From: an uncultured Chloroflexia bacterium
GTDB lineage: Bacteria; Chloroflexota; Limnocylindria; Limnocylindrales; CSP1-4
Assembly: GCA_963834915.1 (NCBI GenBank)
Contig: CAWIDI010000004.1
Location: 146,562 to 210,561, forward strand
Direction: 5' to 3'
Length of the DNA stretch: 64,000 bases
Both the position numbers and the translations under genes were made by a program. The number at the start of each line of letters is the position of its first letter. Positions within the stretch are counted from its first letter, which is position 1. Below the pieces are notes generated by a model, which was not told where the DNA came from, did not search any database, and saw only the letters and a list, made by a program, of their open reading frames with translations. Positions 16,636 to 25,995 of the stretch are shown here, piece by piece.

Positions 16636-18930
16636 CTACGGCTTCTTGGTCGGCTTCGCGGTTGCCTTCGGAGTCGCCTTCGGAGTCGCCTTCGGGCTCG
16701 CGGACGGCGACGCGGACGGGCTGGCCGACGGGCTCGCCGTCTCGTCGGGGGCAGCCTCGAGCGACGCCGAGTGGAGCCCGTCGGCGGAGATCCACAGGAC
16801 GCTGCCCGGAGCCTCTTCGATGCCCGGCGTCACGACCATCCCGCGCAGGTCCTTCCAGCCCGGGTCGTCGCCGGCCAGCCGGTACTGGGCCTTGTACGCC
16901 CCGTTGCTCTTGGCGATCGCGATGATCCGGCCGTTCGGGCCGTCGTAGGCGTAGATCTCGGCCTTGTCGCGGTCGGCCGGGAGGTTCGCCCCGGACGAGA
17001 GGGTGTAGGACGGCGCGGGCCGCAGCAGGTCGTCGCCGGGCGCCTTGGCCTTCCAGCCGGTGTCCTTGCCCGAGGTGTACTTCTCGAGGACGCCGTTCTC
17101 GGTGGCATACATGTCGCCGTCGATCAGGAGCGACGTGATCCCGCTGACGTCCCGCGCGGTCGCCAGCCAGCCAGTCGGCTTGGCCGGGAACCCGCCGCCG
17201 TCCGCCGCCGGGGAGTAGGCGTGGATCTGCTGCTCCGACGGGTCGACGACGTACAGCTTGTAGAGCCCGCGGCTGGCGTCCTGGAGGTAGGTCCCGATGG
17301 CGGTCACATCGTCGCCCCATGAGCTGGCGCCCTGGACCGTGATCTTGACCAGCGTCCCCTTGCCGGTCGCGTTGGACGAGCGCCAGCGCCACAGCACGTT
17401 CTTGGAGTCGAGGATCAGGACGTCCTGCCCGCCCACGGCCAGGAAGCGCGGCGTCGCGACGGTCGTCCCGCCGGCCTTCGTGCCCGCCCGGGCGACCAGC
17501 GTGGCCTTCTTGTTCTTGAGGTCGATCCGGTAGACGGTCTTGGTCGAGCGGTCGAGCACGTACGGGGCGCCGTCCGGGCCTTTGACGAGGGCGCCCAGGT
17601 CGATCGCGGCGGCGCCCTCCGCCGGCGTGAACGTGAAGAGCGTGGTCGAGGCGACCGGGACGACGCCGTAGATCCGGTCGAGGCCCTGGGTGGCCTGTGC
17701 CCGGAGCGGGCCGATGACCGCGGCGCTGACGTTGGCCTGCTCGGCCGCGTCCAGCTGCTGGTAGGCCTCGGTCAGGAGCGTCTTGGCCTGATTGGGGTCG
17801 GCGGCGACCAGGTCGATCCCGGGACCCTTGACCTTGGCGAGGTCCTCGCGGGCCTTGTCGAGCGCCGCCTGTCCGGCGTTGACCGAGCTGATCGCGCCGG
17901 TCTTGCCGGTCCCGCCGAAGGCGTAGACGGCGAGCCCGAGACCGCCGACCACGACGACGAGGGCCAGCAGCGCGAGCGCGGCGCGGCGCTGGGTCTCGCG
18001 GCGCGAGGCGAGCGGCGTGACCCGCCGATAGGCCGGCTTCCGCCGCGGCAGCAGGTCCTGCACCCGCTGGACGACGCGGCCGAAGGCCCCGCCGGCGGCC
18101 ACGCGGGCGCTCCCGGCGGCCGCGCTCATCGCCATCCCTGCGGCCTGGACGTTGTCGGCGAGCGGGATCGGCGAGCGGTCCGGCGCGCCGGCCAGCGGCT
18201 CGGGCGGCTTGACCGGGACCGGCGAGCGGCCGCGGGCCGTGGCCGACACCTCTGCCGCCTCGAAGGCGATGGCCCCGTCGCTGCCGGCGCCGCCGTCGGC
18301 GACGAAGCGGTGGTGGAGGTGCTCCATCGCGGACTGCGGGTGGAGCGTCAGCATCGCGTCCTTGAGCTCGTCAGGGCCGAGCTTCGACACCACGTTGGGC
18401 GAGACGAGCACGAGCGAATCGCCGACCGAGATCTCGCCGCGCCAGACGTCCGGCTCGATATCGCCCGAGGGGAGGCCGCGCTCGCGATGCGGGTCCGGCA
18501 GCGTCGAGAGCCGGGCCTGGCGGATCAGGTAGGCCTCGGCCGGGCCGACGGTCGCCACGTACATCTCATTGCCGCGGACGACGGCGAGGCCGATGCCGAT
18601 GGGGCCGTTCCCGTCCGTCGATTTGAGCCCGAGCCGGTCGGCCTGGTGGGCGAGGCGCTTGTTCGCGGTCGAGATGGCCTTCTGGATGCAGACGCGGATG
18701 CCGGCCGACTCGTCGTAGTAGTACTCGTTGCGGATCGTCTCGGCGGCGAGGCGCGTCGCCTCGAGGGCGTGCCGCGAGCTGATCCGCGACGTCACGAGCA
18801 GATACAGCAGGCCCTTCGAGCGGGCCACGGAGCCGACGTTCGGCTCGACCACGACGAGCGTGTCGGGCGAGTCGGGGAGTCGGTCATGTTCGGCGACGAC
18901 GCCGAGTTTCATCTGGAGTCGGACGGCCAT
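16636..18930 (-). CDS. Membrane protein: degenerate PP2C/SpoIIE-like cytoplasmic domain, one TM, extracytoplasmic repeat (beta-propeller-like) domain
   Basis: 764-aa ORF.
- N-domain is PPM-like, but the acidic positions are replaced: VATVGPAEAYLIR where GDSRAY is expected, and SLVLVSPNV where SDG is expected.
- TM segment: AALALLALVVVVGGLGLAVYAF.
- C-region has recurring strand-like repeats. Confidence 0.7.
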   Translation of the reverse strand: MAVRLQMKLGVVAEHDRLPDSPDTLVVVEPNVGSVARSKGLLYLLVTSRISSRHALEATRLAAETIRNEYYYDESAGIRVCIQKAISTANKRLAHQADRLGLKSTDGNGPIGIGLAVVRGNEMYVATVGPAEAYLIRQARLSTLPDPHRERGLPSGDIEPDVWRGEISVGDSLVLVSPNVVSKLGPDELKDAMLTLHPQSAMEHLHHRFVADGGAGSDGAIAFEAAEVSATARGRSPVPVKPPEPLAGAPDRSPIPLADNVQAAGMAMSAAAGSARVAAGGAFGRVVQRVQDLLPRRKPAYRRVTPLASRRETQRRAALALLALVVVVGGLGLAVYAFGGTGKTGAISSVNAGQAALDKAREDLAKVKGPGIDLVAADPNQAKTLLTEAYQQLDAAEQANVSAAVIGPLRAQATQGLDRIYGVVPVASTTLFTFTPAEGAAAIDLGALVKGPDGAPYVLDRSTKTVYRIDLKNKKATLVARAGTKAGGTTVATPRFLAVGGQDVLILDSKNVLWRWRSSNATGKGTLVKITVQGASSWGDDVTAIGTYLQDASRGLYKLYVVDPSEQQIHAYSPAADGGGFPAKPTGWLATARDVSGITSLLIDGDMYATENGVLEKYTSGKDTGWKAKAPGDDLLRPAPSYTLSSGANLPADRDKAEIYAYDGPNGRIIAIAKSNGAYKAQYRLAGDDPGWKDLRGMVVTPGIEEAPGSVLWISADGLHSASLEAAPDETASPSASPSASPSASPKATPKATPKATAKPTKKP
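16664..16735. repeat. Six tandem 12-nt units encoding a Ser/Pro and Lys/Ala/Thr/Pro low-complexity C-terminal tail
   Basis: Units are gccttcggagtc x2, gccttcgggctc, gcggacggcgac, gcggacgggctg and gccgacgggctc. On the minus strand they encode ...ASPSASPSASPSASPKATPKATPKATAKPTKKP. Confidence 0.7.
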
Positions 18931-19050
18931 GCGGGCCTCTCGTGGTCGGGCGGGTCCTCGCGCTTGTGTCGTGCGGGAGGCGGGCGAGCGAGCGACGTTC
19001 CCGGTTCGATCGGGACGTGTCGCCCCGAGATGGCTGGCAGGTGCCGCGGA

Positions 19051-19380
19051 TTATACGCGGGGACCCGGCCGTCGGACGTGGACCCGGAGTTCGCGCACGC
19101 CGATGCCGCCGGGCGCCGCCGCGAACGCCGCGAGCAGCTCGGTCGAACGGAGGCGGAGCTCCTGGGCCACGATCGGGGCATCGGCCTCGATGTCGACGGC
19201 GAAGCCTTCGATGCGCACGACCCGGCACGAGCCGGCCGCCGGCGGGACCCGCTCGGCGACGAGGCCCTCGAACGTGGCGATCGCCTTCGACAGCCGGAGC
19301 TCGTCCTCCAGGCCGAGGGCGCGGGCCGCGTCCGGGATCAGGTCGCCGAGCCGGACCATCGGCTTCCGCCGCGTCGTCAT
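19051..19380 (-). CDS. dciA: DUF721 (DciA-like) protein
   Basis: 109 aa: MVRLGDLIPDAARALGLEDELRLSKAIATFEGLVAERV...CRVVRIEGFAVDIEADAPIVAQELRLRSTELLAAF. It sits immediately after recF with an ATGA overlap, as Rv0004 does in mycobacteria. Confidence 0.7.
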   Translation of the reverse strand: MTTRRKPMVRLGDLIPDAARALGLEDELRLSKAIATFEGLVAERVPPAAGSCRVVRIEGFAVDIEADAPIVAQELRLRSTELLAAFAAAPGGIGVRELRVHVRRPGPRV

Positions 19381-20592
19381 GGGCCGACCGGCGGGCTGCC
19401 GAGCGGCGCGGCCAGGTCCGCGGCAGGTTCCGGGCCGGCAGGGTCCGGGCCGGCAGCCGGCCCCGGCGCGGCCACCAGGCGAGCGCGACCGTCCTCCGCG
19501 CGGACCTCCCAGCTGGTGCCGATCGCGCGGAGCGACGGGTCGAGGTCGTCGAGGGTCGTGGTGGTCACGAAGGACTGCGGCAGCCCGGCGATCCGGCGGA
19601 CGAGATGGCCGCGGCGGTCCGGATCGAGCTCGGAGAAGACGTCATCGAGGAGCAGGAGCGGCGACCGGCCGTCGAGCTCGGTCAGCAGGTCCAGCTCGGC
19701 CAGCTTGAACGACAGGATCGCGGTCCGCTGCTGGCCGCGCGAGGCAAAGCCGGCCAGGTCGCGGCCGCCCAGCTCGAAGACCAGGTCGTCGCGGTGCGGA
19801 CCGATCAGCGTCGCAGCCGTTCCAGACCTCCTTGTCGGCCGTCTCGACCAGCCGCCGGGCCAGGGCGTCGCGTGCCGTCTCGCCGGTCGCCGCAGGGGCG
19901 TTCGTCGAATAGCGCACACCGAGCGTCGCGCTCTCGGCCTCGTCGGTCGCGATCTCGGCATGCGCGCGGGCGAGGGGGCCCGCGAGCCGCTCGAGGAGGC
20001 GCAGCCGGTCCTCGACGATCCGCGCCCCCGCGTCGAGGAACGTGCCGTCCCAGAACCGCAGCTCATCGCGGCCGGCGGTCTCCTCGCGGATCGCTCGCAG
20101 GAGCCCGTTGCGCTGCTGGAGCGTGCGGCTGTAGGCCGCGAGCGTGGTCGCGTGGCCCGGGGTGGTGGCGCTCGCGAGCTGGTCGAGGGCCGCGCGTCGA
20201 AGGCCCGGGGAGCCGGCGATCAGGAGCATCTCCTCGGGGGCGAAGACGACGACCCGCAGCGGCCCGTCGAGCCCGCCCACGCGCCGGCCGACCCCGTTGA
20301 CCCGGATCCGCTTGCGGCCGGCGCTCCCGTTCGCCCCGGAACGGACGATCGCCACCTCGACGGTGTCGGCGCCGACCCGCCCCTCGACACGGGCCAGGTC
20401 CCGCTCCCAGCGGATCAGCTCCCCGTCCGCGGTGGTGCGGTGCGAGCGGCCCCAGGCCAGGAGCACGATCGCCTCGAGGAGGCTGGTCTTGCCGGCGGCG
20501 TTCGGCCCCCAGATCAGCTGCGGCCCGGGTCCGAACGCGGCCTCGAGAGCCTCGTAGCCCCGGAGATCGAGCAGGCTGATCGAATCGAGCAG
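19377..20592 (-). pseudogene. recF: DNA replication/repair protein RecF, with an apparent 1-nt insertion near 19815 and no canonical start codon
   Basis: The N-part (LLDSISLLDLRGYEALEAAFGPGPQLIWGPNAAGKTSLLEAIVLLAWGRSHRT...KEVWNG) continues as ATLIGPHRDDLVFELGG...LLLLDDVFSELD in the +1 frame. The Walker A motif lies upstream of the first ATG/GTG/TTG in that frame. CTG at 20592 is the nearest candidate start. Confidence 0.8.
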
Positions 20593-20636
20593 GGTCGCCG
20601 CGGTCCGGTCCGGCCGGTCCGCCCTCCGGTCGTCGG

Positions 20637-21755
20637 CTATGAGGTCGTCCGGACGGGCATGACGACGTGGACGTAGCTGTCGTCGCCGACCGGCTTGAAG
20701 ACGCCGGGCGAGAGCGGGCCATTGAGCTCGAGCGCGAACTGCTCGGCGTCCACGTTGGTCAGCACGTCGGCGAGATAGCGGGCGTTGAACGCGATGGTGG
20801 TCTCATTGCCTTCGACGGCGGCCTCCACCTGGCCGACGTGGTCGCCCACCTCGGCGTTGGCGCTGACCGTGATCCCGGCCTCGCCCTCGCCGCCGACCTG
20901 GAACTTGACGATGTTCGCGGACTCGTGGGCGATGAGCGCCGCGGGCCGGACCGCGCGGAGCAGCTCCTCGCGATCGAGCACGGCCCGGGTGGTGTGCTCC
21001 TTGGGGACGACCTGCTGGTAGTTCGGGAACTGGCCGTCGATGAGCCGGCTGACGAGATCCACGCCCTCGAGGTGGAAGAGCACCTGGTTGCGCCCGCCGG
21101 CGAGGACGATCTCCACGGCGTCGTTCGTGTCGGAGAGGACCCGGGCGAGCTCGTTCAGCGCGCGGGCCGGGATGACGACGCTGGTCTCCGGCACGGCATC
21201 CAGGATCGGGATGGTCTTGACTGCGATCCGGTAGTTGTCCGCGGCGGCCAGGGTCAGCTGGTTGCCTTCGAAGCGGGCCAGGACGCCGGTCAGGATCGGC
21301 CTCGCCTCGTCGCTGGCCGCCGCGAACGTCGTCTCGTTGAGGGCCTTGCGCAGGACGTCCTGGGCGACGCGCGTGGTCGGGCGCTCGCCGGCCGCCTGGA
21401 TCGCTGGGAACTCCTCCGCGTCGATCCCCTTGATATGGGTCTCGAACCGTCCACTGCGCAGGTGGAGCGATTCGCCCGCGGTGAGCTCCAGGTCGATCTT
21501 GTCGCCGGCCGGCAGCGAGTTGACGAGATCCGTCAGCAGCTTGGCCGGGACGGTGGTCGCCCCATCGGTCTCGATCTTGCCGGGCACCCAGTAGGTGATC
21601 CCGATCTCGAGGTTCGTGGCGGTCAGCTTGAGCCCGGCGTCCTCGGTCTTGAGGAGGACGTTGGCCAGGACCGGCAGGGTGCTTCGGCTCGAGACGGCGC
21701 GACTGACGATGGACAGGCCGCGGGCCAGGTTCTCCTGCATGACCGAGAGTCTCAC
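20637..21755 (-). CDS. dnaN: DNA polymerase III beta sliding clamp
   Basis: 372 aa: (V)RLSVMQENLARGLSIVSRAVSSRSTLPVLANVLLKTEDAGLKLTATNLEIGI... Confidence 0.95.
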   Translation of the reverse strand: MRLSVMQENLARGLSIVSRAVSSRSTLPVLANVLLKTEDAGLKLTATNLEIGITYWVPGKIETDGATTVPAKLLTDLVNSLPAGDKIDLELTAGESLHLRSGRFETHIKGIDAEEFPAIQAAGERPTTRVAQDVLRKALNETTFAAASDEARPILTGVLARFEGNQLTLAAADNYRIAVKTIPILDAVPETSVVIPARALNELARVLSDTNDAVEIVLAGGRNQVLFHLEGVDLVSRLIDGQFPNYQQVVPKEHTTRAVLDREELLRAVRPAALIAHESANIVKFQVGGEGEAGITVSANAEVGDHVGQVEAAVEGNETTIAFNARYLADVLTNVDAEQFALELNGPLSPGVFKPVGDDSYVHVVMPVRTTS

Positions 21756-22198
21756 GTCGGGTTCACTCCAAGGGCGGTCGGTGGATGCGCTGCGGGATGG
21801 GCGTGCCCGACCCGGTGCTGGGCGGTCCGGCGGCGTCGAGGATCCCCGGTCGATGCCCCGTGCGCGTTGGGTCGTGGGTATCTTCTCTCTATCTTCTCAC
21901 CCCGTCATCACCTTCATCATGGTGTGGAGCCGGTGGACGGCGCCTCGTCGTCGCGTTCGGCGTCGCGGTTGACGACCGGCCCTCGGCTGTGGAGTGGGAT
22001 CGGCGGACCGGGGACGCCGCGGTGGCCGCTCCGTGGACGACGGGGTCGGGCCTCCACATCGACCGCTTCGGACCGCCGGTCTTGTCCGCGCCGGAACGGC
22101 CGGATGTCCACAACCGGGCACGGTTTTCCACGGATTCCGTGCGGTTATCCACAGGATCGGGCCGGGCAAGGCCCTGCGACGACGCCGCGGCGCGCCGA
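21756..22198. other. Probable chromosomal origin oriC (dnaA-dnaN intergenic)
   Basis: DnaA-box cluster:
- TTATCCACA 22145-22153 (9/9)
- ATGTCCACA 22104-22112 (8/9 to TTGTCCACA)
- TTTTCCACG 22124-22132
- TTGTCCGCG about 22082
- Reverse-oriented CGTGGACGA about 22032, and TGTGGAG at about 21922 and about 21988

An unusually AT-richer stretch lies at about 21878-21925 (gtatcttctctctatcttctcaccccgtcatcaccttcatcat). Confidence 0.7.
22145..22153 (+). promoter_or_regulatory. Perfect consensus DnaA box TTATCCACA
   Basis: Exact 9-mer read directly from the sequence (gcggTTATCCACAgg). Confidence 0.8.
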
Positions 22199-23590
22199 TC
22201 AGTCGGCGTAGATGAGCTCGCGCACGGCCGCGATCTCGCGGCGGAGGTCGTCGTTGACCGCGCTTTCGCGGGTGATCTTGTCGCAGGCGTGGAGGACCGT
22301 CGAGTGGTCCCGGCCACCGAGCTCGGCACCGATCCTCAGGAGCGAGACGTCCGTCTCCTCGCGCATCAGGAACATCGCGATCTGGCGCGGCATGACGATC
22401 GCCTTGTCGCGCTTCTGCCCCTGGAGCGCCTCCATCGGGACGCTGTAGTAGTCGGAGACCGCGCGGGCGATGCGCTCGGGGGTGACCTGCCGCTTCTTCG
22501 GGTTGTAGAGGACGTTCGAGAGGACGGCCTGCGCCAGCTCGATGCTGATCGGGGTCGCGCCCATGCTCGCGTAGGCGATGATCCGATTGAGGGCGCCCTC
22601 GAGCTCGCGGATATTGCTGACGACCTTGCGCGCGATGAACTCGATGACGTCGGAGGTGATCGGCAGCGAGCCTTCCTCGGCCTTGGCCCGGAGGATCGCG
22701 ATGCGCGTCTCCAGGTCCGGTGCCGTCAGGTCCGCGATGAGCCCCCACTCGAACCGGCTCCGCAGCCGCTCCTCGAGGGTCAGGATCGCCTTCGGGGGAC
22801 GGTCGGACGAGAGCACGATCTGCTTGCCGTCCTCGTGGATCGCATTGAAGGTGTGGAAGAACTCCTCCTGCGTCCGCTCCTTGTCGGCGATGAACTGGAT
22901 GTCGTCGATGAGCAGGAGGTCGATCCGCCGGTAGCGCGCTCGGAAGTCGTCGATCTTGCCCTGCTGGATCGAGGTGATGAACTCGTTGGTGAACTTCTCG
23001 GACGTGGCGTAGACGACGCGCTTGCGCGGGAACTTGGCGATGACCTGGTTCCCGATCGCGTGCATCAGGTGGGTCTTGCCGAGGCCCACGCCGCCGTACA
23101 GGAAGAGCGGGTTGTAGGCGTGGCCCGGTCGCTCCGCGACGGACAGGCTGGCGGCATGGGCCAGGCGGTTGGCCGACCCGACGATGAAGTTGCCGAACGT
23201 GTAACGCGGGTTGATGAACGTGGTCCCGCCCTCGCCGCCGACGCGGGTCGGCTCGACCCGGACCTGTTGGGACGAGGAGCCGCTCACGGGTGCCGGAGTG
23301 GGCTCCTGGAGCGGCTGGTCGCCGGCCGGTGCCGCGCTCTCCGGGGCCGAGGCCACCACGAACTCGACCTGGACGCTGTAGCCGACGATGCGGGCCAGGG
23401 TCTGGCTGATCAGCGAGCGGTAGCGGGTCTCGAGCCAGTCCTTGGCGAACCCGTTGGGGACGCTGATCTTGAAGCGCTGGTCATCGACGTCGACCAGCTG
23501 CGTGTCGCGAAGCCACGTCTCGAAATTGGCGGGCGACAGCGACACTTGAAGCTCGCCGAGGGCCGCTCGCCAGACCTGCTTCGCGTCCAT
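22199..23590 (-). CDS. dnaA: Chromosomal replication initiator DnaA
   Basis: N-terminus MDAKQVWRAALGELQVSLSPANFETWL, AAA+ motifs (LFLYGGVGLGKTHLMHAIGN) and C-terminal DNA-binding domain (RQIAMFLMREETDVSLLRIGAELGGRDHSTVLHA). I chose ATG 23590 (464 aa) rather than the 538-aa track ORF start at 23815. Confidence 0.95.
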   Translation of the reverse strand: MDAKQVWRAALGELQVSLSPANFETWLRDTQLVDVDDQRFKISVPNGFAKDWLETRYRSLISQTLARIVGYSVQVEFVVASAPESAAPAGDQPLQEPTPAPVSGSSSQQVRVEPTRVGGEGGTTFINPRYTFGNFIVGSANRLAHAASLSVAERPGHAYNPLFLYGGVGLGKTHLMHAIGNQVIAKFPRKRVVYATSEKFTNEFITSIQQGKIDDFRARYRRIDLLLIDDIQFIADKERTQEEFFHTFNAIHEDGKQIVLSSDRPPKAILTLEERLRSRFEWGLIADLTAPDLETRIAILRAKAEEGSLPITSDVIEFIARKVVSNIRELEGALNRIIAYASMGATPISIELAQAVLSNVLYNPKKRQVTPERIARAVSDYYSVPMEALQGQKRDKAIVMPRQIAMFLMREETDVSLLRIGAELGGRDHSTVLHACDKITRESAVNDDLRREIAAVRELIYAD

Positions 23591-23933
23591 TCGTTCGATG
23601 TGACCTGTGTAGATGTGGGCCGTGGATGGGTAGCGTTGGCCAAGGGTCCGAAGCGAATGAGCCGGGGCACGGGAGCGATCCTCGAGATGGCCACGGCGCC
23701 TGGACTTGCTGCGTCCCCGGATCCCGGATCTTGGGGTCCCCGGGTGTCCCGCAGGCGTCCCGGCGCCGAAGGGCTCGGAGAGGATAGCACCGGCCGTCGG
23801 GCCGTCGCAAGGCATTCCTGCAATACCCCTAGGGAGTATCCGAGCGTGGACGCCCTGAAGCGCCGCCCCGGCCGGACACCGTCTCGCGGGCGCCGCGCGG
23901 GGGCCGCGGGCGCGCGACGACGGCCGCGCTCGA

Positions 23934-23963
23934 TTGACACTCCTTCGGAGCGGGCCGTATCAT
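23934..23963 (+). promoter_or_regulatory. sigma-70-type promoter upstream of rpmH (TTGACA-N18-TATCAT)
   Basis: TTGACA at 23934-23939 and TATCAT at 23958-23963, about 115 nt upstream of the rpmH ATG. Confidence 0.5.
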
Positions 23964-24079
23964 CCGCCGGACGACGACGCGCCGTGCGCTTTCGGGCGCC
24001 AGGCGCGTTTGCGTGCCTCTAGGGGTCGACAAGACGACATCGCCCCGAGGCCCGATGGAGAGGATCCCGGACACCCCCG

Positions 24080-24214
24080 ATGAAGCAGACCTACCAGCCG
24101 AAGAAGCGTCATCGCGCCAAGGAGCACGGCTTCCGCGCCCGGATGCGAACCCCGGGCGGACGCCGTGTCATCGCGACGCGACGAGCACGGGGTCGAAAGC
24201 GGCTGACGGCCTGA
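24080..24214 (+). CDS. rpmH: 50S ribosomal protein L34
   Basis: My translation: [44 protein letters not shown] (44 aa). Too short to appear in the ORF track. Confidence 0.95.
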
Positions 24215-24246
24215 CGACCGGGCGCGGCGCCGATAGGCCGCGGCTC

Positions 24247-24582
24247 GTGATGCTCTCCAGCCCGCAGGATTTCGCGGCGATCGGAGAAGGCGGGACCACC
24301 CGGTCCCATCCGCTGTTCACCGCCCGATTCCTGCAGACGGACCTCGAGACGACCCGCATCGGGCTGTCGACCGGGCGCAAGCTCGGTGGCGCGGTGGTCC
24401 GGAATCGGGTGAGACGTCGGCTCCGCGAGGCGCTCAGGGCGATGGCGCCCTCGTTCCAGCCGGGCTGGGACGTCCTCATCATCGCTCGCCCGGCCATCGT
24501 CAAGGCGGATCACGACACGCTGGTCGGGGCACTGCACCGCATCCTGACCAGGGGCGGAGCACTCGGAGGGTCTCACTCGTGA
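24247..24582 (+). CDS. rnpA: Ribonuclease P protein component
   Basis: This is the C-terminal part of track ORF 24013..24582 ([29 protein letters not shown]...[22 protein letters not shown]). The start is GTG 24247 or ATG 24250. It follows rpmH. Confidence 0.85.
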
Positions 24583-24797
24583 AGGGCATCGGACGACGGT
24601 TCGGGGTCGGGATGATCAAGATCTACCGCGTCGTCTTCGCGTGGCTCCCGGCGAGCTGCCGCTTCGAGCCCACCTGCTCGCGCTACACCGAGCAGGCCAT
24701 CGTCAAGTACGGACTCTTGAAGGGCAGCTGGATGGGCGCCAAGCGCATCGCCCGCTGCCATCCCTGGAACCCGGGCGGCTATGACCCCGTCCGCTAG
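24579..24797 (+). CDS. yidD: Membrane protein insertion efficiency factor YidD
   Basis: 72 aa: [59 protein letters not shown]. Confidence 0.9.
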
Positions 24798-24812
24798 CGA
24801 GGCCACCCGCTC

Positions 24813-25994
24813 GTGACACCCTCCGGCCTGCGGCGTCTGCCGTGGGCGCAGATCCTGCTGCTCGCCCTGCTGGTCCTGGTCGTCGCGGCCTGCGCCACCG
24901 CCGCGCCTGGGGCGTCGGGCAGCCCCGCTCCCTCTCCCAGCCCGCACCCGCCGCTGACCCCCGCCCAGCCCGGCGCGGACCCGCTCAGCTTCCTGGCCTG
25001 GCTGTTCAACCCGATCTTCCAGGCGATGCTGATCATCCTGATCGGCGTCTACTCGTTCCTCGAGGGCCTCGGCGTCCCGGCGGCCATCGGCTGGGCCATC
25101 GTCGTGCTCACGCTCGTCGTGCGCACGGTCGTCATCCCGCTCTATCGGCGGCAGCTCACGTCGCAGCGCCGGACGCAGCTCCTGCAGCCCGAGGTCAAGG
25201 CGATCCAGAAGCGCTACAAGGGCGACGCGATGAAGGCGCGCGCGGCGCAGCAGGAGCTCTTCAAGGAGCGTGGTGTCAACCCGCTGTCCGGCTGCCTGCC
25301 GCTGCTCCTGCAGATGCCCCTGCTGTTCATCATGTACTCGGTCATCCAGAACGGGCTGACCAACGTCGACCCGACTGCGATGCTGACCGTCTTCGGGCAC
25401 CAGATCATCCCGCTGACCTGCAACAACCTGAACGCGGCCGGCGTGCCCGACGCATCGCTCGGGCCGTGCATCGACACGGTCATCCCCTTCCTGGGCGGGA
25501 TCGACGTCAGCAAGCCGTCGACCTTCATCAGCATCGGCGTCGGAGGCTTCGTCCTCGGCCTGAGCTTCCTGGCCATCGCCTCGGCGGGCCTGCAGCTGGT
25601 CCAGTCGCGGATGATGCTGCCGATCAGCGATCCGGCCAACGACGATCCCAACACCAAGATCCAGCGCCAGACGATGCTGCTCCTGCCGCTCCTGTCCCTC
25701 GTTTACGGCGGGCTCCTGCCGGCGGGGCTGTTCATCTACTGGATCACAGCCACGATCTTCTCGATCGTGCAGCAGTACCTCATCGTGGGCTGGGGCGGGA
25801 TGTTCCCGTTCTTCGGGTGGACCCCCGGGTTCGCCACCGGCCACACGCCGAGATTCCCGGTGGCGATGCCACCACCACCAGAGCCCGGCAAGCGCGCGGC
25901 CATCCTGACCGACGCGGAGAAGAAGACGACGGCCGAGAAGACGATCCGCCCCCGCGAGCGGGGCCGTCAGGGCCGACGAGGGAGACGACGCTGA
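24813..25994 (+). CDS. yidC: Membrane protein insertase YidC/Oxa1 family (lipoprotein-type signal)
   Basis: Lipobox-like LVVAAC, then ...VVLTLVVRTVVIPLYRRQLTSQRRTQLLQPEVKAIQKRYKGD...GVNPLSGCLPLLLQMPLLF... Confidence 0.9.
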   Translation: MTPSGLRRLPWAQILLLALLVLVVAACATAAPGASGSPAPSPSPHPPLTPAQPGADPLSFLAWLFNPIFQAMLIILIGVYSFLEGLGVPAAIGWAIVVLTLVVRTVVIPLYRRQLTSQRRTQLLQPEVKAIQKRYKGDAMKARAAQQELFKERGVNPLSGCLPLLLQMPLLFIMYSVIQNGLTNVDPTAMLTVFGHQIIPLTCNNLNAAGVPDASLGPCIDTVIPFLGGIDVSKPSTFISIGVGGFVLGLSFLAIASAGLQLVQSRMMLPISDPANDDPNTKIQRQTMLLLPLLSLVYGGLLPAGLFIYWITATIFSIVQQYLIVGWGGMFPFFGWTPGFATGHTPRFPVAMPPPPEPGKRAAILTDAEKKTTAEKTIRPRERGRQGRRGRRR

Positions 25995-25995
25995 C

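Noticed and set aside
16664-16735. Tandem repeats here and at 26362-26445 as possible CRISPR arrays
   Set aside because: The units are 12-15 nt, contiguous with no spacers, and lie inside coding regions as low-complexity peptide repeats. No cas genes are present.
23591-23815. Extended 538-aa DnaA start at 23815
   Set aside because: The extra 75 aa are Arg/Gly/Pro-rich and non-conserved. The conserved DnaA domain I begins at MDAKQVW (ATG 23590).
18310-24022. 788-aa (18310..20676 +) and 745-aa (21785..24022 +) ORFs opposite recF/dciA and dnaA
   Set aside because: They are antisense to unmistakable dnaA, recF and DUF721 genes and have a low-complexity Arg/Gly/Asp composition.
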